A stretch of DNA of 64,000 bases from the human T2T-CHM13v2.0 reference genome, Homo sapiens. Made by a program: the position numbers and the translations under genes. The number at the start of each line of letters is the position of its first letter. Position 1 is the first letter of the stretch. The notes beneath the pieces were generated by a model, which was not told where the DNA came from, ran no database searches, and worked only from the letters and a program-made list of their open reading frames with translations. The stretch lies in assembly GCF_009914755.1 (NCBI RefSeq), contig NC_060926.1. The stretch is one strand, 5' to 3'. Positions 1 to 14,418 of this stretch are shown piece by piece.

Positions 1-39
1 TGGGATTACAGGCATGAGCCACCATGCCCAGCTGCTCTG

Positions 40-285
40 TTTTAAATTCTTTGAGAAATCTCCAAACTTCTTTCCACAGTGGTTCAACCAATTTACATTC
101 CTGCCAGCAGTGTATAAGCATTCTCTTTTTTTCCTTAGCCTCTTCAGCATCTGTTATTTTTTGACTTTTTAATATAGCTATTCTGACTGGCGTGAGATGA
201 TATCTTATTGTGGTTGTGATTTCCATTTCTCTGTTGATTAGTGATGATGAACATTGTCTCATATGTTTCTTGGCCACTTGTATGC
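40..285 (-). mobile_element. L1 ORF2 3' region fragment, antisense
   Basis: Typical antisense L1 text (ttccacagtggtt...aatttacattcc...ctgactggcgtgagatgatatc...gtgatgatgaacatt). Confidence 0.75.
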
Positions 286-1119
286 CAAGGACATTTTATA
301 TTGATAAAAGGGTCAGTCCATTAGGAAAATATGACAATTATAAACATATGTACCTAGCAATACAGCCTAAAGATACATGACATAAAAACTTAGAGAATTG
401 AAGGAAGAAACAGACAATTTAACTACAATAGTTGGAACCCTCAAAACTCCATTTCAATAATAGCTAGAGCAACTAGGCAGAAGATCAACAAGAAAATAGA
501 AAACACTATAAACCAACTAGACTTGACAAATATCTACAAGGCACTCCACCCAACAGCAGCAAAATACACATCCTTCTCAAGTGCACATGGAACATTCTCT
601 GGGGTAGATCACATGCTAGGCCATAAAACAAGTCTCAGTAAATTTAAAAGAATTGAAATTATACTACATATGTTCTCTGACCATGTTGGAATAAAATCAG
701 AAATCAGTAACAAATTTTGTTAATTTCTGTATTAATGAAGAAATATACAAGTAAAGAGGTTGGACTAATAATAATTCTTTTAAAACTTCCCACAGGGAAA
801 AGCCCAGGACCAGATTGTAAGCCAGATGGTAAGGAATTAACACCAATATTTCATAGAGTCTCCTAAAAAATAGAAGAGAAGAAAATACTCCTCAATTGAG
901 AAGAGTGTCCTCAACTTTATGAGGTCACTCTTAATACCCTGATACCAAAACCAGACAAAGATGTCACAAGAAAAGCAAATAGCAGACCAATAATCTCTTG
1001 GGAATACAAACGGAAAAAATCTTCAACAAAATACTAGTAAACCAAATCCAGCAACATAGAAAAAGGATTATACATTATGACTAAGTGGGACTTATCCTAA
1101 GATTACAAAGTTTGGAATA

Positions 1120-1995
<876 letters not shown>

Positions 1996-3562
1996 AAGAA
2001 TGCAAGGTTTTTTTAACATACAAAATTTACTTAATATAATATACCACTTTAATAGAAAAAAGAGGACAAAAAGCACATGATCATTTCAATATACACTGAA
2101 AAAGCATTTGGCAATACACAACACTCTTTCTTGGAAAAAACCTTTCAACAAACTAGAAATAAATTACTTCCTCAACATGATAAAGAGCATCTTTGGAAAA
2201 ACCCACAGCCTACATCATATTAATGGTGATGTGAAAGCTCCAGTTGGGAGCTTTCTTCCCAATATCAGGCACAAAACAAGTATATTTATTCTTGTCACTT
2301 CAACATTGTATTAAATGTTCTAGACAGAGCAATTCGACAAAAGGAAGGAAAGAAGACTGCGCATTCAGATTGGAAAGGGAGAAGTATGATGATCTCTCTT
2401 TGCAGACGACAAGATACCATATAGAAAAAGTCCTAAGAAATCCACTTACGCTGTTAGAACTAATAAAGAGTTTAGCAAGATTGCCAGACACAAGATCAAT
2501 ATACAAAACTCAATGGTATTTCTACATATTACAAACAATTTGAAGTTAAGAAAACAATTCCATTTATATCAACACCAAAAAGAATGAAATACTTAGGAAT
2601 AAATTTAACAAAAGTTCATTTCTACACCAAATACTACAAAACATCTCTGAAAGAAATTAAAGAACACCTAAATAAATGGAAAGACATCCCATGTTTATGG
2701 ATTGGGAGATAATTATTGTTAGGATGAAAATAGGCCCCAAATTGATCTACCAATTGAACACAATCCTGATCAAGAATCTCAGCCTTCTTTGCAGAAATTG
2801 ACAAGCTGGGCCGGGTGTGGTGGCTCACACCTGTAATCCCAGCACTTTGGGCGGCCAAGGCAGATGGATTACTTGAGGTCAGGAATTCAAGACCAGCTTG
2901 GCCAACATGGTAAAACCCTGTCTCTATTAAAAATACAAAATTAGCCAGGCATGGTGGTGCATGCCTGTAATCTCAGCTATTTGGGAGGCTGAGGCAGGAG
3001 GTAGAGGTTGCAGTGAGCCAAGATCATGCCACTGCACTCCATCCTCAGCAACAAGAGCAAAACTCTGTCTCAAAAAAACAAAAAACAAAAAAAAAAAGAA
3101 AGAAAGAAATTGACAAGCTAAGCTGACGCTAAAATCCATATTGAAATACAAAGGATCAAATAAATCTGGAGAAAGAAGAACAAAGTTGGAGGATGTGCAC
3201 TTCCTGATTTCAAAATTTATTACAAAGCTGTATTAATCAAATCTGTGTAGTTTGTAGACAGATATACAGATAAATGTAGATAGACATACAGATCAAGAGA
3301 ATAGAACTGAGAGTCAAAAATAAACCCTTGCATCTATAGTGAACTGATTTTCGACAAGGAGGCCAAGACAATTTGATGAGGGAAAGAATAGTCTTTTTAA
3401 CAAATGGTGTTAGGACAACTGGATATCCACATGCAAAGGAATAAAGTGATATGCCTTTCTCACACCATATACAAAAATTAGCTCAGAATGAGTCAAAGAC
3501 TTAAATGTAAGAGTTGAAACTACAAAACTCTTAGTAGAAAATATAGGTGAAAATCCCCATGA

Positions 3563-3797
3563 TTGAAAAATATCTAGTATTTGATAGCACAACAGGGTGA
3601 CTGCAGTCAGCAATAATTTGTTGTACCTTCAAAAATAACTGAGGAAGTACAATTGGAACGTTCATGACAGAAATGATGAATGCTTGAGGTGATGGAAACC
3701 CCATCTACCCTCCTGTGATGATTACATCGTATGCCTATATGAAAACATCTCATATACCTCATAAATATGCTAATTATGTACCCATAAATTTTTTTTT
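3563..3797 (+). mobile_element. L1MA-type 3' end inserted into the older L1
   Basis: gatagcacaacagggtgact...gaggtgatggaaacccc...tatgtacccataaa; flanked by TSD-like aaatccccatga (3551-3562) and aaatcctcatga (3798-3809). Confidence 0.7.
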
Positions 3798-5074
3798 AAA
3801 TCCTCATGACCTTGGATTACACAATGATGTCTTAGATATGATATAAAAAGACAGGCAACAAAAGAAAAAAACTACACTTCAAAATTAAAACGTTTTGCTT
3901 GAAAGGACACCAGCAAGAAAGTAAAAACCCACAGAATGGGAGAAAAATATTTGCAAATCATGGATCTGACAAGGACTAGTATAGGCTATATAAAGAACTA
4001 CAACTACTCAGTTGGCCGGGCGCGCGCGGTGGCTCATGCCTGTAATCCCAGCATTTAGGGAGGCAAGGCGAGAGGATCACTAGAGGCCGGAAGTTCAAGA
4101 CCAGCCTGTGCAACAGACTCCCGGCTCGAATTTTTTATAAAAAGTGATATAGGAATGAAAAGTACCAGCTGAACTAGGAAAGGGGAAGTTGACAGTAAGG
4201 AGGGACTATCAGGGGCAGGAGGATACTGGGTAGTGGTGGTTTAATTCATTGTTTTAATTGTGGTGATGGCTGCATGGTTGTATACATAGGTCAAAACTTA
4301 ACGCGTACACTTTAAATGTGTGGTTTATTGTATGCCAGTTATAACGCAATATAGCTGTTAAACACAAACACAATAAAGTTGAAAAACCAGCAGGCATTCC
4401 CTGATTAATCAGTATTCTGGGGAGGTAAGGGGCTCACAGGAACGCAAAAGAAATTCAGGCTGTAAATCCAGTTGGACGCCCCGCTGCCCCATCCCCTCCA
4501 TCCGGGACCGCCCGACTCCTCTCCCACCTCCTTCCCCAGGCCTCCCCCAGGCCTCCAGTCCGGAAGATGCGACGAGGTTAGCGGGGCCCGACCACTCCTT
4601 GGCTTCCCAGGGGTGAGCCTCGCGAGTTAGGAGTTGGGTAGAGAGTCAGCCCGGGGCCCGGCATCCGCTTTTTCGTTGAAGCAACGACTTTGGCCGGATG
4701 ACTCCCCAGGGTCGGCATCAGCGTGGGACTGGGAACAGGTGAAGGGAAACAGAAGAGAGCCTGAGAAGACCGCTCTCCTCCGATCCTAATTGACTGAGCC
4801 AATGAGAGCCAAAGAGGTCACATGCTCAACTGGGCGGGGAGCGGGTTTCCACCTGCGGCATCTTTCGCGAGCGGGGAGATGAGTGGGGCGGAATATGGGA
4901 GAAAGGGAGGGCCCGCCACGCTCTGGCTGGACACGGCCTTAATCGGCCCGTTCACTCGACGTTTTTGGTTCTACGTTGACCCCGAGAAACCGAAACCGCA
5001 GGGCCTAGGGCGGGTGGAACGAGAGGGAACTACATTTCCCAGCAGGCTGCGGAAACGGGACTGCGGCCACTACT

Positions 5075-5133
5075 TCCGGCGTGTACCGAGAGACTGGCGT
5101 CCGGCGTGTACCGAGAGACTGGCGTCCGGTGTG
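5075..5133 (+). repeat. 25-bp tandem repeat (2 perfect copies plus a partial) in the POLR1B 5' leader
   Basis: TCCGGCGTGTACCGAGAGACTGGCG at 5075-5099 and 5100-5124, then TCCGGTGTG. Confidence 0.95.
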
Positions 5134-5144
5134 CAGGTGGCCAC

Positions 5145-5321
5145 ATGGATCCTGGCAGCCGGTGGCGGAACCTGCCCAGCGGGCCTAGCCTAAAGCACTT
5201 GACTGACCCCTCTTATGGAATCCCGCGGGAACAGCAAAAGGCAGCGTTGCAGGAGCTGACGCGGGCGCACGTGGAGTCCTTCAACTACGCTGTGCACGAG
5301 GGTCTCGGCCTCGCGGTGCAG
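5145..5321 (+). CDS. POLR1B: POLR1B coding exon 1 (177 nt; [19 protein letters not shown]...GLAVQ)
   Basis: ATG at 5145; HVESFN motif of RNA polymerase second subunits; donor CAG|GTGAGC. Confidence 0.97.
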
Positions 5322-6450
5322 GTGAGCGCGGCGTCCGCCGGCGCCCTTGCCGCGGCGAGGCCAATCCCAGGGAGGTGGCTGGGAGGTCACAGTATGACCC
5401 CAAATGCATGTGCTCCTTGATCCTGACAGGCTTGGTGGGTAAGCGGGAGAGCACAACATGTTAAACCGGACGCGGTACTGGCCTTCGTGAGACTTGGAGT
5501 CGAGGCGTCTTAAGAGATGTATTCGTGATTCTGGAGTGAAAAGTGATTGTGAACCGTAGTTTGGACAGTTTCGGGGTGCTGTGAGAGTGAGGAAGTGGCT
5601 TATCTGGGGATGTGCTTCACAATGCACACGGCTTTATATCACTTGAAGACTTACCTCTCCAAAACGTACCTCGAAAGATCCCGAACGTATTTGTAGGTAC
5701 AGTGTAATGTTCAAGGTTATCCTTCAGTTTGCTTCTCTTAGAGCTTTAAAGAGAGAAACTACTCGTCATTTGTTATGAATTAAGCAGGTGCCGAGGAAGG
5801 TATAAATGAGTCATGAAAGCAAGATTGAATCGAAAAGTGTAATTGCATTATTAGCGTAGAGTAATGGTAGCAGAATTCAAGTGAGTATGGTGGGGGAAAG
5901 CTTCGTTTAGTAAGCATCCCCAGTGTCTCCAGGCACTAGGCTCAGAGGATGTGGAGGAGGCAGTCCCGTGTACGAGACAGTTCATGCATTTAAGTGCTCC
6001 CTGTCGTGTTTGGGGGTTGAAGGGGTGAAGATATGAAAGCAGTGCATGCCAATGTTCTTGAGAACTGCTCTGCCAAGGGATTGTGTGGGCTACTGCGGGA
6101 GCCTATGGGCGGCGCAACTAATCCAGGAGTTTGAGAAAGGGCAGGATTAGATGAGTTCAAGAAGTGAGAAACGTGCATTTCGTCCAGGGGAAGAGTAGAG
6201 CAGAGTCACATGCTTCGGGGACCCTACCTGTGGTTTTGTTGGGTAAGATTTGTGTTGTGGGAGATAGGGATACAGATAATGTGGAGAGCTTTGATTGCCA
6301 GTCTGATTGTTGAACTCTATTCGGCAAATAATATGGGAGCCATTAAGATTTATTGTTTAGAAAGACTAGAGGGGTGGGGGTTATTTGTATTGTGCCTGGA
6401 TTGTTACAGTATCATGTCTGTGAGAAAAAATTCCTAATTAAAAGTTAATC

Positions 6451-7116
<666 letters not shown>

Positions 7117-7512
7117 TTAACATTTTTAAGAAAAATATTTTCCAAAGCAAAAAAGAAGTTAGATGAATTGCATTATTAAAAATCTTTTTAATGTCTGGCT
7201 TAATGAAAAGACAGCTGGATTCTCATGTCTGCTTGTGCATTCAGTCCCTTGTGATAATTGTTTTGGTTGAAGTAGATGAAGAAAATTTGGCCCTGCATAG
7301 AAAATGATGCCACAACTTAGCTAGGACTATAATAATATACTATTTGAAAAAGTTCTGTAAAACACAGTAACATAAATAACTAATACTTATAAAGCCAAGG
7401 GAAAAAATAGTTATCATATTTTTTACTTACAAAACATAATTTTGCCAAGTTTCTTTGGAGTGAATTCCTCCTTTCTGTGAGTCAGAATTTATGTGTCTGT
7501 CTTTTCAAAATA

Positions 7513-8220
7513 CAATTGATTTTTATTACTTGGGGATTCCATATTTGCAAATTCACCTACTCACTAAAATTTACTTCTACTCCAAAAGCACCATGCCCAG
7601 AAGCAGCAAAAAAGTTGAGTTGCTCAGTGTCCATTTTCCCAGCTGAGATCTAACAAGGTGATGCTCGGCCTTCTTGTTTTAAGTTCTTAAACTATAAACA
7701 GAGGTTGTCTTCACTATCTATTTAGTGCCGTGTTTTGTGCTTTTTGTTGGTGATTTTGCTGTTTAAAATGTCCCCCAAGCAAAGTATTAAAGTATTAAAG
7801 TTCTGTATAAAGTTCCTAAGCACAAGAAGGCTGTGCTGTGCCTTTAGGGGAAAATATTAATACATGCATTTAACATAGGCTTTGTTCAGGCATGCGTTAG
7901 GGACTCAATACTATATATTAAATAAGCTGTCCTTAAACAGAAACCCACATAATGCAAGGTTGTGTATTGATCAGTGGATGAAATCATAGGCTTTGTTCAG
8001 GCATGAGTTACGGACTCAATAATATGTATTAAATAAGCTGTCCTTAAACAGAAACACACATAATACAAGATTGTGTGTTGATCAGTTGATGAAATGTGAC
8101 CAGAGGCTCACAGGAAGCTAACCATGTATTTACCCTAGGAGCAGTGGTTCAGTATTGGCTAATTCAGTGTTTATGGCAACTGTATAGAACATAACTATTA
8201 TGAATAATGACAGTTCACTG
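7513..8220 (-). mobile_element. TcMar-Tigger non-autonomous element (MER82-like), copy 1, with an internal 111-bp tandem duplication
   Basis: TA-flanked ends caattgatttttatt... and ...aataatgacagttcactg; body similar to copies 2 and 3. Confidence 0.65.
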
Positions 8221-9182
8221 TATTTCTTTCTAAATAGTGCAGCTGCGTCTTGAGAAAGCAAATTGTCTAATCTCTCTTTTTTTAACTTCATTCTGTTTTT
8301 TTTTTTTGAGACAGGATCTCACTTTGTCACCTAGGCTGGAATGCAGTGGCATGGTTATAGCTCACTGCAGCCTCGACCTTCCAGGATCAAGTGATCCTCC
8401 CACGTCAACCTCTTGAGTAGCTGGGACCACAGGCGTGCACCACTATGCCCGGCTAATTTTTTTATTTTTATTTTTTGTAGAGACGGGGTCTCCCTATGTG
8501 GCCCAGCCTGGTCTCAAACTCCTGAGCTCAAGTAGTCCTCCTCTCTCGGTCTCCCAAATATTGGGATTACAGGTATAAGCCACTGCATCTGGCTTTTATT
8601 TTTAAATAAAATATGAATTTCTAAAATAATACCAGCTTTAGATAACATTTTAAAATTTAGAAAAGGTAAGTTAACTCACGTGAAGGTGGAGAACCTCCTT
8701 GGTATTCTTTCTTGGTTCCATTTTTTCATTTTCATTATTCTAAGACTAAGTCTAGGAGGTTGCTTGTAATTAATATATAGGAGAGCTTGGTGATGCCCCT
8801 TCCTCAGAACAGCAAAGCTTCCCCTACAGAATGGTACAAAGAAGTAACTTCTGTGGAAGGGGAAACCCAGCCTGGCCACCATCTTTTCCTTTGCATGGCT
8901 CTGGCTTCAGTTTGACGTTGCCATTGTACATTAAGCATCTAGTCTTAAATCCTAAAGGATGTTTCCGTATCCTTGCTCTATTAGCAGTAGTCCCATTTGT
9001 CTTGCTATGCACATAGACAAGTTAAGAATACACAAGGCTCTTGGTTCAGAGAACAGGAATTTTGTTCTGTTCACAGCTGTATCCCTAGAGCCTACTACAG
9101 TCTCTGACACATGTGGTCACTCAAAACAATCTTGTACTAATAATGCATTGTGGTTTTAAGTATTTAGTGAAGTTATGAGTAG

Positions 9183-9507
<325 letters not shown>

Positions 9508-9655
9508 ACTGGAGGTAGCCTTAACTGTCCTTTTTAGGTGTGTCATGGTGGCATCACAGGCATCAATGTTTGTAGAACACATAAGATTTGGAAGAGTCTT
9601 AGAGAAAAAATGCCTTGGAAATGCAAGCAATTTAATAGTGTGAATTGCATTTCAG

Positions 9656-9823
9656 GCTATACCTCCCTTTGAATTTGCTTTCAAAGATGAGCGTATCTCT
9701 TTTACTATTCTGGATGCTGTTATCAGTCCACCTACAGTTCCAAAAGGGACCATCTGCAAAGAGGCCAATGTTTATCCAGCAGAATGCCGGGGCCGAAGGA
9801 GTACCTACCGTGGGAAGTTGACA
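9656..9823 (+). CDS. POLR1B: POLR1B exon 2 (168 nt; AIPPFEF...[17 protein letters not shown])
   Basis: ttcag| acceptor, |gtgagt donor; conserved P.ECR.R..TY motif. Confidence 0.96.
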
Positions 9824-10064
9824 GTGAGTACTAGTGATACTGTGTGACTCTCAACACTGCACATATTTGGGAGTAGGGCGGGTGCCTAATAAAGTTTATG
9901 CCAGAAATTGCTTTCTTGGTGCTATTGTCTAAGAGATCCCACCTTCTAAATCTAAGGCATAAAATAATTTAATTGATCTTCTTCCTCAGTCTTTGAAAAT
10001 ACTCATTTGTTCTCGTAAATGCAGATATTTCTGTTAAGTAACTTTTTCTCTTGTTTTCATTTAG

Positions 10065-10211
10065 GCTGATATCAACTGGGCAGTGAATGGAATCTCAAAA
10101 GGAATCATTAAGCAGTTTCTTGGCTATGTTCCCATCATGGTGAAATCCAAGCTTTGCAACTTACGTAACCTTCCCCCACAAGCCCTCATTGAGCACCATG
10201 AGGAGGCAGAG
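10065..10211 (+). CDS. POLR1B: POLR1B exon 3 (147 nt; ADINW...[14 protein letters not shown]...EEAE)
   Basis: ttag| and |gtaatc; G.VPIMV.S motif; frame continuous. Confidence 0.96.
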
Positions 10212-10879
10212 GTAATCACGGGCGTCCAGGCATGAGACAGTAGAGAAGGCCTGGGTTGGGAGTAAGAAGACAAGAAGTGTGTCAGTGTTTTCTTTCTGTG
10301 CTCCAATTTCTGGATAGGTGAAAGAGATATCAGTATCTTGCCTGCATACAGTGTATGGCTCTGAATAACTATCAAATTAGACAGTATGAAAAAGTGGCTG
10401 TAAAATTAGAGAATATTATTGTTCGGGGGGAAGAACTGGTAGGTTTTTCCCTAATTTTCTGAATGATAGAGACATACTTCCACAAAATTTGTTTTTTTTT
10501 TCAAGCTGTCTTAATCCACAAAGCTATTGTCAAAAATGTCTATTTATCTGGGCATGGTGGTGGCATGGATCTGTAGTCCCAGCTAACTGGGAGGCTGAGG
10601 CGGGAGCATCAGTTGAGCCCAGGAGGCCTCACTACAGTGAGCCATGATTGTGCCACTGCACTCCAGCCCGGGAGACAGAGTGAGACCCCGTCACTAAAAA
10701 AGTGAAATAAAAATGTCTGCTTTGCTAACAGTAAGATTCTGTGCGCATATTAAATGACTTATATGCATTCCCTTCATCATTTCTTTCAGCTATATTAGGT
10801 GGCTTTGCAGAGTTGAGTTGAGATAATCAAGATGAACAAACAGTGCCTACTAAATAGGTAGATGGTGTTATGTGGTGGG

Positions 10880-11100
10880 AAGAGGGTTTTGGTGTCAGAT
10901 CTGGGTTTGACACACAGCTCTTCCGCTTATCAGTCTTGTGGTTTGGGGAAGTTAATCTCCCTGAGCCTCAGTTTCCTCTGCTGCAAGTGGGTATAATAGC
11001 TACCCCACTCATTGTTATGAGAATTAAATGTTATGATAACATAGAGCACCTACTATAATATGCCTGTTTCATAGTAGGCAATTCGTAAATAGTAGCTGTT
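10880..11100 (+). mobile_element. MIR
   Basis: ctgagcctcagtttcctctgctgcaagtgggtataatag...gttatgagaattaaatg core. Confidence 0.75.
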
Positions 11101-11122
11101 TATTACAGAAATGTGATATTGA

Positions 11123-11556
<434 letters not shown>

Positions 11557-11910
11557 AGTTTTTATCTTTCAACACCTCTTTGGAGTAAGTTTTTTTTAGT
11601 GTTATTTGAAGACTGAAGTCATTTTAGGGGACAGAAAGGCAAGATAGGTTGAGCCTGTCTGATAAAGAGAAGTACCCTGTTTTTCTTCCATACTTTTTTC
11701 CCATGTCCCTAGGACCTTTGTAATATACTTGAGAAAACTGTTAATTCACACAAAGACAGTGTCTGTGTACTGTTTTCAAGGGATCAGTAGTACATTTCAC
11801 CTCTGTGTTCCTATTCTGTGTGTTGTACTACCTTTGGCTAGGAGTGAGGTTCATGTTTACAGTTAGTCATGTATCTTTGTTTAACAAGTTGCAATTCATC
11901 TTTTTGGCAG

Positions 11911-12043
11911 GAAATGGGGGGCTATTTTATAATCAATGGCATTGAAAAAGTCATCCGAATGTTGATTATGCCTCGGAGAAATTTTCCCATTGCAATGATA
12001 AGACCAAAATGGAAAACCAGAGGGCCTGGTTATACTCAGTATG
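11911..12043 (+). CDS. POLR1B: POLR1B exon 4 (133 nt; [16 protein letters not shown]...)
   Basis: ggcag| and |gtaagt; [10 protein letters not shown] motif. Confidence 0.97.
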
Positions 12044-12646
12044 GTAAGTTCTGGAGATTATTAGAATATTTTTTAAGGAAAATTTAAAACTTTTTTTTTT
12101 TTTGAAGTAGATGCATCCAAATGGTCTTTGATATTTTTGTTTCTTTTTTTTTTTTTTTTTGGTAGGGATGGGGTTTCACCATGTTGCCCAGGCTGATCTC
12201 GAACTCTTGGGCTCAAGCAGTCCTTCTGCCTCAGCCTCCCAAAGTGCTGAGATTACATGCATGAGCCACCGTGTCTGGTCTTTCTTTTGTTTTTTGTTGT
12301 TTTTCTATTGAGCATTCTTGTGTTAAGTTTTCATAATTGGGATGGAAGAAGAAATGGAGAGATGTTAGTCAGAGGATACAGACTTGCAGTTACAAGATGA
12401 ATAAGTTCTGGGGATCTGATGTACAGCCTGGTGATGATAGTAATACTGTACTGCTTAAAATTGATGAGTACATTTTAAGTGTCTTAACCACACACGCGTG
12501 CACACGTACTACAAATGATAACTATGGTGATTGATGTTTTCATCAGTTTGATTGTGGAAATCATTATAATATATGTATATGTATATTCAAGGTATTGTAC
12601 ACCTTGAATATATATGATTTTTATCAATCATAAGCATTTTAAAATT

Positions 12647-12880
12647 CACTTTTGCTAACTGAAAGAGCATGTGTATTTTTGTTACTACTTATGAAGATGA
12701 AAGCTAGTCTGGCTTGGCCATAAGTGGGTGTGGGTCTTGGCTGTCTTCTGGTTCAGGCTGCTGCACTTTTGCAAACTGAAAGAGCATGTGTATTTTTGTT
12801 ACTACTTATGAAGATGGAAGCTAGTCTGGCTTGGCCATAGGTGAATGTGGGCCTTGGATGTCTTCTGGTTCAGGCCACTG
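12647..12880 (+). repeat. 117-bp tandem duplication in intron 4
   Basis: cacttttgcWaactgaaagagcatgtgtatttttgttactacttatgaagatg...tcttctggttcaggc starting at 12647 and 12764. Confidence 0.93.
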
Positions 12881-13509
12881 TGGTACACCCCTCAGGGTCT
12901 CTGTCTGACAGCCACCTGGCCTCTGTTGGAACATTCTCTTTGACAATGCCTAAGACAGCATGTTGTATTCTTGAGCAACCCTGACAGTTAAACAATTTGT
13001 CCTGATAGTTGAGCTAAAAATCAGACCTTAATTATAGCCATACATACTATACCTAGAAAAACAGCATGCCTGAATGTCTAGTGATTTTCTTTTGCATCAG
13101 TTGATGGTAGTATGTCTTAGCAGTCTTTGCCTGAAACTGAAATAAAATCTAAAATTCTACTTTTCTCCATTGGAACTATTAGATCAAGCACCATGTCTTG
13201 ACCAGACTCCACAGTTTAAGGCAGATATAAAGTGCTAAAAGATGTGGACTCTGTCCTGGAGGGAAACTTTGAAGTTTGCTTAAATTCATAGTTTCGGTTA
13301 TTTTACATTAGTGTTTCTCAATCTGGGTAGATTTTGCATGCAAGAGGACATTTGCTGAGGTTTAGAAACATTTTTGATTGCCAGTCTTGGCTAAACTTAG
13401 TGATTTGGCTTTAATTGTGTCTAAGAGGTTAAGATTGTTCAGAAAGAAAATGGTTGAAGCAATTAAGATATCAATGAGTTTCTGATTTTTTTGTTGTTTG
13501 GTTCAATAG

Positions 13510-13646
13510 GAGTTTCAATGCACTGTGTGAGGGAAGAACATTCCGCTGTCAATATGAACCTCCACTACTTGGAAAATGGCACAGTTATGTTGAACTTTAT
13601 TTACCGAAAAGAACTGTTCTTTCTTCCTTTGGGATTTGCACTTAAG
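13510..13646 (+). CDS. POLR1B: POLR1B exon 5 (137 nt; [10 protein letters not shown]...GFALK)
   Basis: aatag| and |gtatga; phase 1 in, phase 0 out, matching its neighbours. Confidence 0.93.
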
Positions 13647-13741
13647 GTATGACTTAATGAATGCATTCTTTTGTTATGAAGAAATTCATTGGGGGTAGTA
13701 TCCTGTGCACATTGGATGGATTCTCCTTGTTAAAATAATAC

Positions 13742-14260
13742 TGTACTAGTTGTCTACTGCTCCAAAACAAATTACGTCAAAATTCAATAGCTTAAAACTC
13801 AATAACATTTCTGTCTCACAGTTTCTGCGGGTCGGGAGTTTGGGAGTGCTTTGGCTGGGCAGTTGTGGCCCAGGGTCTCAGGAGGTTGCATGGAGATGTC
13901 AGACAGGACTGCAGTCATTTTCAGGACTTCCAAGGTGGCTCACTCACATGGCTGGCAAATCTGCTGGTTGGTGGCAGGAGGTCTCCTCATGGGGTTGCTC
14001 TCTACATGGCCCTTTCTGTAGGCTGCTTGAGGCAACTGTCTTCCTCCATATAGTTAGCTGAGAGAACAGAGAGCAGAAGATGCAGAAGGAAAAAGCTGCA
14101 GTGCCCTTTGTGATCTAGCCCTGGGAGTCTCCCATTATCTTTTTCACCACATTCTCTTGGTCAAGCAGGCCAGCCTTGATTCGGCATGGGAGGAAACTAC
14201 ACGTTTGTGAACACCAGGAGATGAGGACCCTGGAGGCAATTGTGCTGTCTGGCTATCATA
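13742..14260 (-). mobile_element. MaLR LTR (MLT1-type) filling most of intron 5
   Basis: tgtactagttgtctactgct...tctcacagtttctgcgggtcgggagtttgggagtg..tggctgggcagtt is typical antisense MLT1 text. Confidence 0.65.
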
Positions 14261-14418
14261 CAAAGAATGCTTTATTTTAGAGAGTTTACTTTGATTCAGC
14301 AATAGCAGAGTGCTAATTTTCCTTGGGTATTAAAAAAATGAGAGAAGATAATTATTAGTGAATAGATAAAGTATTTTAGTTATTAGTGAGCAATTAAACC
14401 TTTTATTTTCTATTCTAG

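Larger units (their letters stand above)
4470..5530 (+). promoter_or_regulatory. POLR1B: CpG-island promoter of POLR1B
   Basis: Dense CpG; CCAAT 4799-4803; GC boxes near 4831, 4885 and 5008; ZNF143/THAP11-type ACTACATTTCCCAGCAGGC 5029-5047; ETS ACTTCCGG 5072-5079; E-box CACGTG 5268-5273; TCGCGA cores near 4620 and 4865. Confidence 0.85.

Noticed and set aside
5075-5133. Direct repeats considered as CRISPR-like or other prokaryotic arrays
   Set aside because: Adjacent repeats with no spacers, eukaryotic context, no cas-like ORFs; no CRISPR, tRNA or rRNA gene seen in the window
4822-5193. 123-aa ORF overlapping the POLR1B start out of frame
   Set aside because: Lies over the promoter motifs in a CpG island where stops are scarce; no protein similarity; relevant only to rare unspliced upstream-TSS transcripts
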